51,175 nucleotides of DNA from a virus (taxonomy: Duplodnaviria > Caudoviricetes), in the IMG/VR virus record IMGVR_UViG_3300020463_000032, positions 1 through 51,175 of that record; one strand, written 5' to 3'. Position numbers and translations under genes: made by a program. The notes below the pieces were generated by a model. The model was not told the DNA's origin. It saw only the letters and a program-made list of their open reading frames with translations, and ran no database searches. Position 1 is the first letter of the stretch. The number at the start of each line of letters is the position of its first letter. This document shows, piece by piece, positions 19,601 through 28,287 of the stretch.

Positions 19601-22600
19601 TTCCATGAACTCTTTAGGGAGAACGTATCTACTCGTAGGAGTATCCGCTTCATTCGCCTGAGCGATCTTATTAATCTGATTCCCTATCGTTTTACGAAGG
19701 GACGCGACTGCTTTTTCAGGTTCAGGATCGTTAACTCCTAAGTCTCCTCCTATATTACTCTCCGCGCTTGTAGTTCTGGGCTTAACTTTAGTGCCTAATC
19801 TGGCTGTTCCTATACGTAGGTCATCATTAAAACCTAATTCATATAGAGGGCTGTCCGTAGCGTTAGACTCTTCGGGGAATATCTCACCTAAAGTTGTGCT
19901 TTGTATCCCTGCTATATAATCGTCAGGGGCGTTCGGGTTAAATGCAAAGTTACCCGCACCAAATCGCTCCATTCCAATCAAAACATTTATTTCCTCGACC
20001 AAATTAGAAACCGCCATGTCCATTTCAGGAGTAGTGTTTCCTTTCTTTTTAAGGTTAAGTAGTCGCGAGACCATTCTTCTCAAGTACTCAAGAGCTATCT
20101 GAAGTTTAGAAGGATCTCCTGTCCAGAACAGATAGTTTGCCTCCGAAGTAGTCCCCGTCATTCTCTCCTGAGCGTACATACGAAGCTTCTCTTCAATAAG
20201 AATTTCTTTAGTTTGCTGAACAGTAGCTTCGTTCTCAGAATTTAAAGCTGCTTTAAGTTGTTCGTTTCGTACAGGGTTATCTGGAGTGTACTCATCAACA
20301 ATAGATTCGAACTCTGCGTCTGTAGTTTGATCGATTAGATTGTTTAATTGTTTTTGAGATATAGATCTGTAAGAAGCAACGTGAGCTATCTCTTCACCTA
20401 TAATAGAATTAAGTATCCGACGAATTACAGATTCTGATTTGCCTTGTTTAATTAGGTTTGCTACTGCATTTTGGTTAACAAAAATATCATTAGTTCTAGC
20501 ACGAGCCGCAGCAAGACCTCCCGCCTCGTTTGTAACAGTCAATGTAAGTCCGTTACGTCTGACAAGAGCCCCTAAACGGTTTATTAGTCTCGTTAAAATA
20601 TTTGATTCATCTAGCGTAAGTGTATTGTCGGACTCTACCTCTAGCGGTTTGTCTGCATCGCCCTTATCTACTTCTTGGTTATCAAGTCTTTTCTGGTTTG
20701 CAGGAGTAAGTTCTGTTCTAAGAATATCAGGATCACTTGTAGACCTTGGAGGCCATACCTCTTCGACACCTTGTTCAACTGAACCAACGCTTTTTCCTAC
20801 ATTCTGCAACTTGCGGAGGTCATCGATTGTCCGACTTGTTATATCCGAAACACTTTCTGTTGCGGTAGGTACATCAGGAGTTGCTTGTTCTCCGAAAGCA
20901 TAGTGAGTTGTAGTATGCGCTTCGGCAGAACTTTTTCTTATCGCATTAATAACAGCGATTGTTTTTGGAGTACTGAATGACTGCCCTAAAGTTGCTTCAA
21001 CTCTTGCTCGCACATCTTCAACTAAAGCTAAGTCTTTAGTTATATCCCCTTCCTTACTGACCGAATCGGTAGTACCACTAATAAGTCTAAGTAGAGTATG
21101 TAAAGGACGACTATCTTTGCCCCTTAAAGATTTTTTATATAAAGCTAAGAAGGCTTTACCATGTTCACTGCTTGGGTCTAATGACCTAAGCGTAGCTCCC
21201 TGATCAATTAGTAAACCTAAGACTTCATTACCTGACATTACACCAGTCCGCCAGTCAGGTCTTCCGTCTACGTCATCTAAGGCAGTAGTTAAATCGAGAT
21301 AAGCATTGACTGAATCCCTTAAAGACTGATCTTCTTCAAGAACAGAAGCAGCATCAAGAACCAAATCGTTCATGAAGTTGACCGCAGAAGGATCGAAAGT
21401 TGCTGCTACTGAAGGGTCTACCAATCGTACGTGCCTACGTGTTTGTGTATCTTTAGGATAGAACTTTCCTTCAGCGTCCTTGTAGTTTGTTTGGAAAGAA
21501 TTAAATCTATTGAATACTCGGAGACCTACTTCACGGAAACTAATAGAATCTTTTTGAAGTAAAGGATCATTAAGTACATAGTCTGAAAGGAATTCTAATA
21601 TTACTTTGTCTGACTTAGTTTCTGAAGTAGCTAAGTTTATTTTTAAAACAGAAGCTGCTTGCTCAACAGCATCAGGATCAGATGAAGCTAACCTACTCTT
21701 GAAAACCTCAATACCCTTTTTAGTTGGCGTAGATACACCAGTGTCTTCATTAATTTCAACCGCCCCCTCTGTTTCACGTAAGGTTGTGTTCAATTCGTGG
21801 AGAACTGTAACCATATTAAACTCTTGCTCAAGAGCTATAATAGCTTGCTCTGAAAAGTCAGACTCAAGTACATCTTGAGCTTTAGGTGATTTAAGTAAGT
21901 TTAAAGCTTCAACTTTACCTTCAGGATTTTCACGAACAGCTTTGAAAAAATCTGTAATCTGTTGGCGTACTTCACTTATAGGCTGTTCTTTGGATTGAGC
22001 TGTTCCTTTTTTCCTGAAGTTAGATCTTAGTTCGGTTCCCTCTCCTAATGGTCTAGTACCTACAACAACTCCTCTTTCATTATTTGAAAAAATATTTAGT
22101 ACTTCAGTATTGCTAGATAAGTTATCTGCAACTGAAGGAAATACTTCGTTGATTGAGTTTTTGTTTACTCGTTTGTTACCTGAAAAACCTCCATCAATTA
22201 CGACTCCCTCAATCAAATCACTGCCTTCTTTATAAATGAAAGCAGGGTTTAATCCCGCTTTTGATATGGGGGCTTTAATAGAATAACCCATCAATAAAAG
22301 CTTTGCTGCCTTCACAGGATCATTCTCAAACAGTGCGTTTCCATCACTATCTAAGTATCCAATAACTTTGCCATTATCCTTTACAGGGTTCTTAACATCT
22401 TGAGGCAAAAAGCTAGAGCGTTTAGGATAACGAAGTTGTATTAACTCATTTAAAAGTTGAGATTTATTTTCATAATATCCTTTAGGGAACATTGACCTGT
22501 CAGGCATACCATGAATAGCGCGGTCTTGAGTAAGATCAACAGGGACTCCTTTACGTATTAAGTCTTCAAAAGCTTTTACCTCAGTAGCCGTAAGGTGGTC

Positions 22601-25600
22601 ATCAATAAATTCTTCTTTAGCAATAGGTATATCAGCAGTAGGGAACACATACTCCTGCCCTTTAATAATGCTAGTGCTTTCATTTAGACGAGAGATAAGT
22701 TGCTGTAATTTTCTTTCTTCAGGGTTTATCTTTTTGGTTTTAACTTTTTGTTTTGTTGCTTCGTTAGCAACTCCTGAACTTGGTTTGTCTAAAGTATCAG
22801 CCCGATCTTCAAGCTGTTCGGTCAAAGCTTCGGAAACAGTTTCAGGGGAAATGTTTTCATCTAGTAAATTAACAAAATCTTCTGTAGAAAATTCTGTTTG
22901 TACGGGATCGCCTTCTTGTAAAATTTCTGTTTCCCCAAGAAGATTTGTTGTAGTGACAGGTCGAGAGGTTAAATCTAAATCTATCTCCAACTGTTCTTCT
23001 TCTACTCTCCTGTTAGGATCTGTTCCTTCAACAGAAGCATCAAACTGAAACTGAAATTGTTCTGGACTTAAACCAGTAGTGAAATCAAACTCAGTCTGAT
23101 CTTTTGGTGATGCTCCTTCTTCTTCGTCTTCTGTGGTCTCAACTACTTCATCTTCTATTTCTTGAATTTCTTTAGCTTCAAAAACCCTTCTCGGATCGCC
23201 ACTGATTTCTTCGGCTTTGATAACAAGTCTTTTTGCTTCTTGCGCGTTTGCAGCCCTTACCCTTACTGGTTCCCTTCCTGCTACTGCAACTTCAAATAAT
23301 TTGTCAGTTTCAACTACTTCATCCTCTTGCTCTAATTCTGGAGTTTCTTCTGGCCTTCTTCTCCTTCTTTCTCCTACCTCCCTTTGTGGAGCTGTTAATA
23401 ACCGTCGAGTCTCTTGTATTTCAAGTTCGTCTGCTGTAGCGGGAGCTCCTTCCTCTTTAAGTCTTTCTATAATTTCATCTGCAACCTGAGCCCTGTATCT
23501 TGCTTCATCGCCAGTGGGTCCTCCAAGTTTATTATATAACCCTCTTGCTCCTGTAGCACCTCCACCAAATATTCCACCTAATAGCATAGAGTGTCCTACG
23601 CCAGCAGCTATTTCTTTTAACGGAGTGTCTTCATTAAGAGCAGCATCCCTTATGAAAGTTTGTGCGAGTTCATCAATACCTTCTTCAATAGCCTCACTTA
23701 AAGTACCTTCAATGATAGGAGAGTTCCCTAAAGCTCTTCTCATTTTCTTTTTTAAGAATTCCTCAGCAACTTCGTTGGATATATTATCCCCTAACTTTAC
23801 ACCAAGTTGTCTATCCATAACCCCTTTCATCTGCCTGAAAGTCATTCCATCAAGGAAAGCTTCTTCCAAACCACCACGACCTAACTTCATAAAAGCAGTC
23901 GTAATCAAACCTGTGACAGTTCCTGCTAACAAAGCAGATCCAATCGCTGCGTCATACTTCTCATCATGAGACATATCTTCAGGCATTGAATTGTATATGG
24001 TGGTAAACATTCCACCTGCACTTCTGTTAGCTGATGTTACAAACAGAGACCCAAAAGTTTTTGAACTCATGAGAAGTTTGTTATCAAGCATCTGGTTGTA
24101 GACGTTTATTGCTTCGATAGCATTTTTCTCGCTCGTGCTTCTGATGAGCTTTTCTTTTAAATTCTTCTCGGCTAGTTCCCTTACTGCAACTTCTCTAGGG
24201 TCCAATACCCTTGAATATCCAAGACCTGCATCAACAGTCTTTTCTAAAAAATCTTTTTTGCTAGCTGTTCTTAACACTCCTCCAAGCATGCCTTTAGCAA
24301 ACCCTTTAGTTGTAAGAGTAGTACCTGTCTTTAGTCCAATGTAAGCTGCACCACCTGCACCCATTGTAGTCATACTTAGAGCAGCAGTCGCTCCTATATC
24401 TACCAGTACTGGAGCAACCATAGTCATAACATCCATACCTAAGCCGTATTCCTGATTGAATAACTTAGCGACTTCTCTACGCCTTGATTCAGCTTGAGCG
24501 GCTTCTCCTAATCTTCTAGCAGCATCTTCGCTCTTAAATAAAAGAGCAGCGGGTATATTGTATAAAGAAGTAAACGAATCTCCTATAGAGGCCAGTATTG
24601 AAGTAGACTGATTTTTTAAAGCATCGTAATTATCTTGATTAGATAAAAATTTATCAAGAGTCTCTACAGGGTCTTCTCCTGCTTGAGCTCCCTGAGCAGA
24701 CGCAGATATCCATCTTTCAGAAGTAGCTTTAGTTTCTTTTAATATGTTATTAACAGACTCATACCTTTGTCTCTTATAAAAATCTCTTTGGTTTCGTAAT
24801 GAATCTTTTTGCTTATCAGTTAGCCTTGTATCTTTTTCCAGAGCCTCTTCAAAACGAGTAGGCTGTAACATAAGTTGTGGATGCGCTACTGCTGTCGAAC
24901 CGTACACACGGATATTTCTAGTTAGGTCTGCTTCTTCAGAAAAGTATTCAAACTCTCCAGAAAGGTTAGCCCTAAGAGCAGCTTGTTCTTCTATAACAGA
25001 CTTAATCTCTTCATCAGAAAATCTTTTAGAAGCAAGATTTAAATTAACATCTTTGTCTTTAGAGTATTGCTCTGCTAACTGTTGACGTAGTACTTTGTTT
25101 AAGAAGTTCCTGTCCCTTTTGACATACATTCCACCATGTAATTCTTCTTTAGCGGACATACCCTGATCTTCTCTAATAAGTAGATTAGATAAAGCATCGA
25201 AGTTTTCTCTAGCTTGGTCATTACCCAACTCATCCGAAAGTAAGTTCTGTACTTCATTTAATAATCGGCTTCTCCTCTGATCTTTAAATCTGTTAGCTCC
25301 GATATCACTTCCTTGCTGTATTCCTGACTGAACGAGAATAGCATCTTCATAAGAAACAGCTCCATCGCGAACAGCATTTTCAAAAGCTGAAACAGGATTC
25401 ATTACTGAAGTCCCTCCAATAATTTGTCTGCTTCCATCAAGATTACTTAAAGAAGCAAAAGGAAGTTCTCCTACATCAACAAGAAATGACTTAGCATCAT
25501 TTAAAGTTTTGTTAAGGACCTCTTCACTCTCACCGTTTTCTTTGCCCTGCTTCCAAACACTCGCGACGTTTTCTCCAAAAGCTCTAGTAACAAGATTAGT

Positions 25601-25930
25601 ATGCTTGTCTAAAGATACAGGATTAGGTTTAAATATCTCAGAGTTCGGGGTCTCTTCATCAATAAATCCTTCTTCTAGTAAGTGTCTTTTTAAAGAGGCA
25701 TTGATATTACCTTCAACAGCTTCACTTAAAGTACCTTGATCGAACCAATGCATACGATGGTAGTTCGCATAGCTCCTCCACTTTTGTTCACGATCTGGTA
25801 TTCCTGATCCAATTTGAGCGTCCCATGTATCAAAGTCTAAAGGAGGCGTAACATTATCGGCCTCCTGTGGGTTTTGTAATAGCGTTGCAAGGGATCCTAA
25901 ACCCTTAGAAGAAGGCGGTATTTCTGACAT
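10607..25930 (-). CDS. Giant polyvalent protein, probably a virion-delivered protein, 5107 aa
   Basis: Gly/Ala-rich hydrophobic N-terminal region, degenerate zincin EEIAH, IDTHA...QSITW domain, several YHG/FHG ART-like modules, ParB-like ILDGNHR, 2H HITL x2, repeated SELG junctions. Confidence 0.9.
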   Translation of the reverse strand: MSEIPPSSKGLGSLATLLQNPQEADNVTPPLDFDTWDAQIGSGIPDREQKWRSYANYHRMHWFDQGTLSEAVEGNINASLKRHLLEEGFIDEETPNSEIFKPNPVSLDKHTNLVTRAFGENVASVWKQGKENGESEEVLNKTLNDAKSFLVDVGELPFASLSNLDGSRQIIGGTSVMNPVSAFENAVRDGAVSYEDAILVQSGIQQGSDIGANRFKDQRRSRLLNEVQNLLSDELGNDQARENFDALSNLLIREDQGMSAKEELHGGMYVKRDRNFLNKVLRQQLAEQYSKDKDVNLNLASKRFSDEEIKSVIEEQAALRANLSGEFEYFSEEADLTRNIRVYGSTAVAHPQLMLQPTRFEEALEKDTRLTDKQKDSLRNQRDFYKRQRYESVNNILKETKATSERWISASAQGAQAGEDPVETLDKFLSNQDNYDALKNQSTSILASIGDSFTSLYNIPAALLFKSEDAARRLGEAAQAESRRREVAKLFNQEYGLGMDVMTMVAPVLVDIGATAALSMTTMGAGGAAYIGLKTGTTLTTKGFAKGMLGGVLRTASKKDFLEKTVDAGLGYSRVLDPREVAVRELAEKNLKEKLIRSTSEKNAIEAINVYNQMLDNKLLMSSKTFGSLFVTSANRSAGGMFTTIYNSMPEDMSHDEKYDAAIGSALLAGTVTGLITTAFMKLGRGGLEEAFLDGMTFRQMKGVMDRQLGVKLGDNISNEVAEEFLKKKMRRALGNSPIIEGTLSEAIEEGIDELAQTFIRDAALNEDTPLKEIAAGVGHSMLLGGIFGGGATGARGLYNKLGGPTGDEARYRAQVADEIIERLKEEGAPATADELEIQETRRLLTAPQREVGERRRRRPEETPELEQEDEVVETDKLFEVAVAGREPVRVRAANAQEAKRLVIKAEEISGDPRRVFEAKEIQEIEDEVVETTEDEEEGASPKDQTEFDFTTGLSPEQFQFQFDASVEGTDPNRRVEEEQLEIDLDLTSRPVTTTNLLGETEILQEGDPVQTEFSTEDFVNLLDENISPETVSEALTEQLEDRADTLDKPSSGVANEATKQKVKTKKINPEERKLQQLISRLNESTSIIKGQEYVFPTADIPIAKEEFIDDHLTATEVKAFEDLIRKGVPVDLTQDRAIHGMPDRSMFPKGYYENKSQLLNELIQLRYPKRSSFLPQDVKNPVKDNGKVIGYLDSDGNALFENDPVKAAKLLLMGYSIKAPISKAGLNPAFIYKEGSDLIEGVVIDGGFSGNKRVNKNSINEVFPSVADNLSSNTEVLNIFSNNERGVVVGTRPLGEGTELRSNFRKKGTAQSKEQPISEVRQQITDFFKAVRENPEGKVEALNLLKSPKAQDVLESDFSEQAIIALEQEFNMVTVLHELNTTLRETEGAVEINEDTGVSTPTKKGIEVFKSRLASSDPDAVEQAASVLKINLATSETKSDKVILEFLSDYVLNDPLLQKDSISFREVGLRVFNRFNSFQTNYKDAEGKFYPKDTQTRRHVRLVDPSVAATFDPSAVNFMNDLVLDAASVLEEDQSLRDSVNAYLDLTTALDDVDGRPDWRTGVMSGNEVLGLLIDQGATLRSLDPSSEHGKAFLALYKKSLRGKDSRPLHTLLRLISGTTDSVSKEGDITKDLALVEDVRARVEATLGQSFSTPKTIAVINAIRKSSAEAHTTTHYAFGEQATPDVPTATESVSDITSRTIDDLRKLQNVGKSVGSVEQGVEEVWPPRSTSDPDILRTELTPANQKRLDNQEVDKGDADKPLEVESDNTLTLDESNILTRLINRLGALVRRNGLTLTVTNEAGGLAAARARTNDIFVNQNAVANLIKQGKSESVIRRILNSIIGEEIAHVASYRSISQKQLNNLIDQTTDAEFESIVDEYTPDNPVRNEQLKAALNSENEATVQQTKEILIEEKLRMYAQERMTGTTSEANYLFWTGDPSKLQIALEYLRRMVSRLLNLKKKGNTTPEMDMAVSNLVEEINVLIGMERFGAGNFAFNPNAPDDYIAGIQSTTLGEIFPEESNATDSPLYELGFNDDLRIGTARLGTKVKPRTTSAESNIGGDLGVNDPEPEKAVASLRKTIGNQINKIAQANEADTPTSRYVLPKEFMEESDPIRRAEILRDWSSDNLKALYNVVPPEVRERSKRWYQGANRVANSLSKKYNITPQQVAGVMAALSPQKDWFLNLAQAEQVIEVWSNYQNYRMDSASFLGTLEETIAKATAPKRQLQGKPKKVKDQLNARARAERAKDLNKLKGKRFKDLTDPEQRGWAARLIAETLFGKGVSNVDPEGDPNSPYMNVDGDIKTNAWGSSDETAKALSMLDDGSLENISESLGNYHKVRNFYNNIVSPNSLKGDVTIDTHAVAAAFLMPYSTKAIAVKHNFGEGSSQNSVYGMQGTYHIYVDAYRKAAKELGISPYQLQSITWEAIRAMYPKNVRSDLNYVESRENIWKQNEPEQARNKILGQGIPRPLWLGTPDSGLVERGEAQVGTGAQKRSIARRGLFFAGRRATSRLSDYGSPEFEDTGVLRSELGADNKQYRKLILTGDSGNNNLEDLLNDSLEERIARGNFYDEVIVDEETNRKVKSLIVDDWITENGQTIAELNSLVKKAAEAKGYDTDIVYYHGSPVYNIDTPQSRHNSIAAFVSEDRVDAQQIAAIAQQESAEDIIVHRWYLKRDLKLFDHENNSEVDEVINKLKQEDEVKAAIKRGEFNESMLRSKIKQGVYSVFTHYDVTNMEYISEYNILNLAEYLRKFGYGGYYERETLPDQEVAPQYSRSIAVFEANDIKSAESITFKQSLNPKEDREDGSLRYETQVVPLDLRFDEGRTELMFTSLGITGAPIEAGPETDRVLDTSAKDASIRAQGKLDDMGLSRSFLDEVPEFEANYDALKAILSDTRDQIGDTSREEMPIVQPQQVEEFGTFLSESLERPVSVEQKEVPVADMKPYQTELFFPKTVWYAMQKHFNMQEATDKVLQEPFSIMSSDGFILDGNHRYGQIMLTRPDASVTANVVDLTIAELIPLAQTFSDMKGNNRKIDRGGQELRLADIGPFDIDALNLNKGVTKGKVFKTGIYMFKSDTLTELAKQEQENFNFGSNNFVPLAEGDIHITLLNQAFVQGREAQGKTDILGEAFRRLGESTTAVLPNLTFHAPEIVSQIQPDGTLRQSLVRRVVEQEVLNNFVEKYILGEPSPDKQRIYHITLGNLTGNPRDSVAYPNPSNSVVVGSKEHFNRSLKDADYSVPQTKKLIEAEAIRNNHLVEGDLVRVFNGAESEGVKSVGDYNRKNIGGGFGFYFKTEDSKLAEIDKGKEGQMYDVFLKANKVFTTPRRAMEGIGNNEVFFNELVKGLRAKYKLTNEEANLLRVNETPVMYLAQAQMFGMVVNQLANVNPKFQKIKEDIEAVGEEGVTKLVSQLSGYDAIHYEGSGTWVVFDPSQIRIAETTREDLIDMTTLRSELGGNQFETLEDGRLVGYRVSRLVDGRAVSGADSRQSTPLEGPIKMTNGFFISNRKDYVLKYYAGNDVNVVQKIAFDKKDILSGNLTDRQPELRVAAGESLESETLTEEQVEELLYSELGATDREYLKLAENPQRNQKELQAMVDKAAKEAGFITKPRYHAGPEEIDIFQADKTLGEMGAFFFADNERAAVGYHNWSEEQKADLIDDYPFMGEENEDGLFEEYKKKEPKVVKAYLKMKNPEVYPDFWKTFAEERFKPNNQSEFFEGLQAKGRDSIVVGKDEWVSGEKDITGEQYVILNKPENIKSADPVTYDSTGEVIPLSQRFDTTKDSILYSELGATNDRYMELAQDPEGNKEVLQQLVKRAAEATGYTVGPLFHGTPADFDAFSYSKIGFGTGFQYGTGFYFTKSQTVAEGYTRVGKFRGRILSAYLKVNNPRPHDSAPLSAEELRPVLERVNELEFQDMLKEDPEASINDTFVANFGSIEAAVEMISDPVQNETIAEQLGEMNGSGIYAKYYHQALKEVTGIDALTADFVTNSGEDATITVVLTPEQIKLSDPVTYDEDGNIIPLTDRFDPTMDSFLYSELGATDKTISGYTYSAGGITVDSLEKMLEAPVYEDGVYDSDKRKDSWWRKFKVAMTGSLDIRVRRMFEQREAFNRAVQNDVNLRSIELRKVLDKDFIDKGFSIPYELISEATGSSEVVSIPDDIKDSMKLQHKSRKADIIARAKRKEITEEEKKTLLEDVTNKYKNDIRKQEDVQKEIIRKKKDAALTQLEKVSPDFVNELKAIRDIVDTLSIKLKELYNVDVDLSATIDSNLGIYITRSYKMFNEAGWLDKVTKDPNFETVRNNAAKYFEETYKQARIKAFIKDGKEESEATALAKKELSDNKDLGRSMMLSFLHSYKDKDANNLIVGPEAVESFASPLINQLKKKRDIDESIRALLGEETDEGAGFKNLLRTYLSVGMMASNQAFMKNLLEVGRRKGNEWILTKDELKKKRLENIDEYGGSRYKQIRAGGTEAYDPFRNFEVEVDGEPKNVQLFAPAEMVDGLMSVLSPPTQETANDAEKIASGSFKLMARITGLSLGAKTLGNIGFYVRNVISNAFYFGPANGFVGFGKMTDSLMTELNRRGIRQEKSNAYYTELIALDVIGNEIRPKLIEELLSGQASPETVLNDFEKNLSRLENEEGKSISRKGKELAEKANEKTWGKAKELSAIVDAFYKIALFEHELSYLIDARESSRKNGKQDFYAAKTDYELKRLAAEKVVMTSQTYSQAPPIITGLQGHTFGVMFAPFLRFKGEVIRTYFNTWNLAMKESKDSNPVIRKRGRRRLAGIGFVTGVSSVILPITTRLLQGVFYDDDEALRDTLPPYMQNQSLVYYTNPLTKERRNFSLTFINPYSMLTDPSLRAMEHLVHGNTSKTVESLVKGTLGEFLDQQIFMRAFLNSTTNFDPKKQEPIYEENDLLHDKFTKSIKYVLNEAYTPPTLTKLLEDRAIFKDGFDITKAPEIISNIIGQFKPATTYPIEFDVRLSQFVEKRKGEFDRINSNKYKMLTDRVMTKADITSLAKKEIEGRRRVNAHLIQLYRSFERQGLPREEIYNISLRRGMSKRRVQLLLAKGVMDRPSLPMPLIESMARKGETHIQRLRDFQAELNKYPRFLSVDP

Positions 25931-25964
25931 AGCAGTAAATAAGGTTATGTTGTGTTATTAGATT

Positions 25965-27122
25965 TTAAAAAATAGATCTTTGTTCTGTTTTAGCTTGTGC
26001 GGTCCCTAAAGGAGAAGCTCCTTGATTGGATAAAAATTGTCGTGTTTGCATAACCACCATATCGTTTAGTTCTTGAGCTAATGTGTCAAGATCTCCAGTT
26101 TCAAGTATTCTTCGTAACTCTACGGTTCCTTTATCTTTGGAGGTTAGTTGTGATGTACTAGAAAGACCAAGACTGTTAAGTATAATATTTCTGATGTATT
26201 TCTTTTTAAACTCATCAGTATTTCCCTTTGCGCCTTTTGCTTGCTCTGGGTCTATACCCAATGCGCCTAATAAAATTAAATCTTCCGTCGTCAGTTCGTC
26301 CTGTCCTGTTACCCATTTTGTAGCAGTGTTAGCGTGTTTTTCTAAAAAGCCTAACATGGCTTCCTGAGACTTTTGACCTCTAACTGTCTGCCTTTGTTTA
26401 GATAAACCTCTAGCAAGTGCGCTATAGCTATCTATTTCATTTTGTGATAAAGCTGATATGCCTTGTATCCCTGCTTCGTCTCCTATCTCGGCAAGCTTTA
26501 ATGCTATAGATCGCGGAGCTGTTCGACTTGTTCCTGTAGCAGAGGTGGTCTTATCAAATAAACCAATCAAGTTAGCAGTTGCAGGATTGTTAAGAGCTGT
26601 AGGATTATCAGTAAGTATATCTAACATCCCTTTAGTTCTTTGTTCCTGAGACACTCCAGTTTCAAGTAAAGGCTTTAAGCGTTGAGCAACAATAGGAGCA
26701 AGGTTAGCGGCTTTACGTTCTTCACGCATCTTACGTTGAGCGTCTACCACACCTAAGAAAGCTGCTTGCCCTTTGTCAAACGCTTCAAACTGCGGTTCAA
26801 ATCTTCTTCTAAACCCTTCTTGTTCTGAAGGAGTCATACCTGAATTAGCAAGATCACTAAAGAACTGCCCACGCATAGGTGCTATATCTCTTTGATAATC
26901 AAAGTCGGGTTGAGCTGCAAGCTTTTGAGATTCAGCGATCAAGTTAGACGCTTCATTCTCCATGATGCGGTGCTCTGGTCTGTATATAGTAGGCTCATTA
27001 AGACGAGCCTGTTCAGCAGCCATAGCCATTTGACCAGCCTGACTTGTATATCCTTTCCTCCTTAAACGACGAGACGCACGTTTAAGTTTATTGGAAACAC
27101 GATCACGGGAAAATCGAACCAT
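25965..27122 (-). CDS. Probable internal virion protein
   Basis: 385 aa, helical Gln/Ala-rich; directly upstream of the giant gene; function inferred from position. Confidence 0.6.
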   Translation of the reverse strand: MVRFSRDRVSNKLKRASRRLRRKGYTSQAGQMAMAAEQARLNEPTIYRPEHRIMENEASNLIAESQKLAAQPDFDYQRDIAPMRGQFFSDLANSGMTPSEQEGFRRRFEPQFEAFDKGQAAFLGVVDAQRKMREERKAANLAPIVAQRLKPLLETGVSQEQRTKGMLDILTDNPTALNNPATANLIGLFDKTTSATGTSRTAPRSIALKLAEIGDEAGIQGISALSQNEIDSYSALARGLSKQRQTVRGQKSQEAMLGFLEKHANTATKWVTGQDELTTEDLILLGALGIDPEQAKGAKGNTDEFKKKYIRNIILNSLGLSSTSQLTSKDKGTVELRRILETGDLDTLAQELNDMVVMQTRQFLSNQGASPLGTAQAKTEQRSIF

Positions 27123-28216
27123 TACCTATTTCTTCTTCTTCTTTTTTCTAATTCATTTACCTCATCAGGAGAAAATGATCTATAGCTAACATTAGTCCTT
27201 CCTTCATATTTTTCAGAAGGAGTTTCTGTTCTTACAACATTAGGGTTTCTTGGAGATTCATAAGTTCTCCGTCTCTCAGGCATACGCTCACCAGATAAAG
27301 CACGAGCTTGTCTTGGGGACACACCCGTATCGGCAAAAAATTGTTTAGCCCCTTCCTGTGAGGTAGCTAGATCCCTCATTCTGGACTTAGCTTTATCTAA
27401 AGCAGTGGCTTTAGGGTTGTATGTTTTTCCTTGTTCTCTAGCCATTCTATCACGAACGACTAAATTCCTAGCAGCTACTTGTTCTTCAGTTCTTAGTTTA
27501 AAAGGAGTTGGTTTCCTCATTTCTAAAGCAGCACTAAGAATACTACTATCTCCTAACTGATAAGTATCTCTTTTCAAAATGTCACGGGCTCTATCTAAAG
27601 CAGACTTTCTAGAATCGGATCTAGAATCGGATCTTGAAGTTGCAGGACGCGCCTCCATCGATCCTACCATTAAAGGTTTTGTAGAAACCAGTTGACCTTT
27701 ATCATTAAACGCAAGTTTAGGAAAAGTGCTAACCAAATTACCCGATGAGTCTAAAGCGGTATAAGTTCCAGCGGGAGGTGAGCTTCTTCCCCGTGAGCCA
27801 GAACCTGCTCCTGCTGTTCCTTGTGGGCCTGTTGATCCTGTAGGTTCTGCGGGTTGATTAGAAGATCTTGAGACATTAGGAATATTATCTGTTTGTTCTT
27901 CGGTTACAGGCTTTTTTTCTTTCATAGCAGCCCGAAAAACGTCTTGAGCTTTAAGTAAATCCTGAGTGTTCCTAACGGTGTAGCCAGCTTCCCTAAAAAC
28001 TTGAACGGGACTTTTTCCTTTAAGACTAGTCCTATTAAAAACAGCTTGCTCTTCAGAAGTTAATTCATTTCCTCTAAGATACTTAGAAATAACAGGAGCT
28101 AATTGTCGCCTAAGATCTTCTGCTTTCTTTCCCTTTCCTCCGCGAGCGGGGTTGGGGGGAATACGTACTAATGTTTTTGTATAGTTTAAGGCTAAATTAT
28201 CGAGTGCGTCGGCCAT
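27122..28216 (-). CDS. Basic low-complexity protein, probable internal virion protein
   Basis: 364 aa, Arg/Lys-rich with Gly/Ser linker; TAATG coupling to the next gene. Confidence 0.6.
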   Translation of the reverse strand: MADALDNLALNYTKTLVRIPPNPARGGKGKKAEDLRRQLAPVISKYLRGNELTSEEQAVFNRTSLKGKSPVQVFREAGYTVRNTQDLLKAQDVFRAAMKEKKPVTEEQTDNIPNVSRSSNQPAEPTGSTGPQGTAGAGSGSRGRSSPPAGTYTALDSSGNLVSTFPKLAFNDKGQLVSTKPLMVGSMEARPATSRSDSRSDSRKSALDRARDILKRDTYQLGDSSILSAALEMRKPTPFKLRTEEQVAARNLVVRDRMAREQGKTYNPKATALDKAKSRMRDLATSQEGAKQFFADTGVSPRQARALSGERMPERRRTYESPRNPNVVRTETPSEKYEGRTNVSYRSFSPDEVNELEKRRRRNR

Positions 28217-28222
28217 AAACTA

Positions 28223-28250
28223 AATTTAAACTCTTTTTTCATAAAGGCAA
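28223..28250 (-). promoter_or_regulatory. Putative promoter giving a leaderless mRNA
   Basis: TTGCCT-16 bp-TAAATT, with 6 nt between the -10 box and the ATG at 28216. Confidence 0.55.
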
Positions 28251-28287
28251 CACGCTAAACCCTACATATATTATTCTTCTATATACC

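Noticed and set aside
10607-25930. Giant ORF as a virion RNA polymerase (N4- or crAss-like)
   Set aside because: No DxDGD/DFDxD or T7-type polymerase motifs recognised; a highly diverged polymerase cannot be excluded without structure prediction.
11550-26649. Many + strand ORFs opposite the giant gene and its neighbour
   Set aside because: Antisense shadows of long coding frames with Ser/Phe/Leu-biased composition and no leaders.
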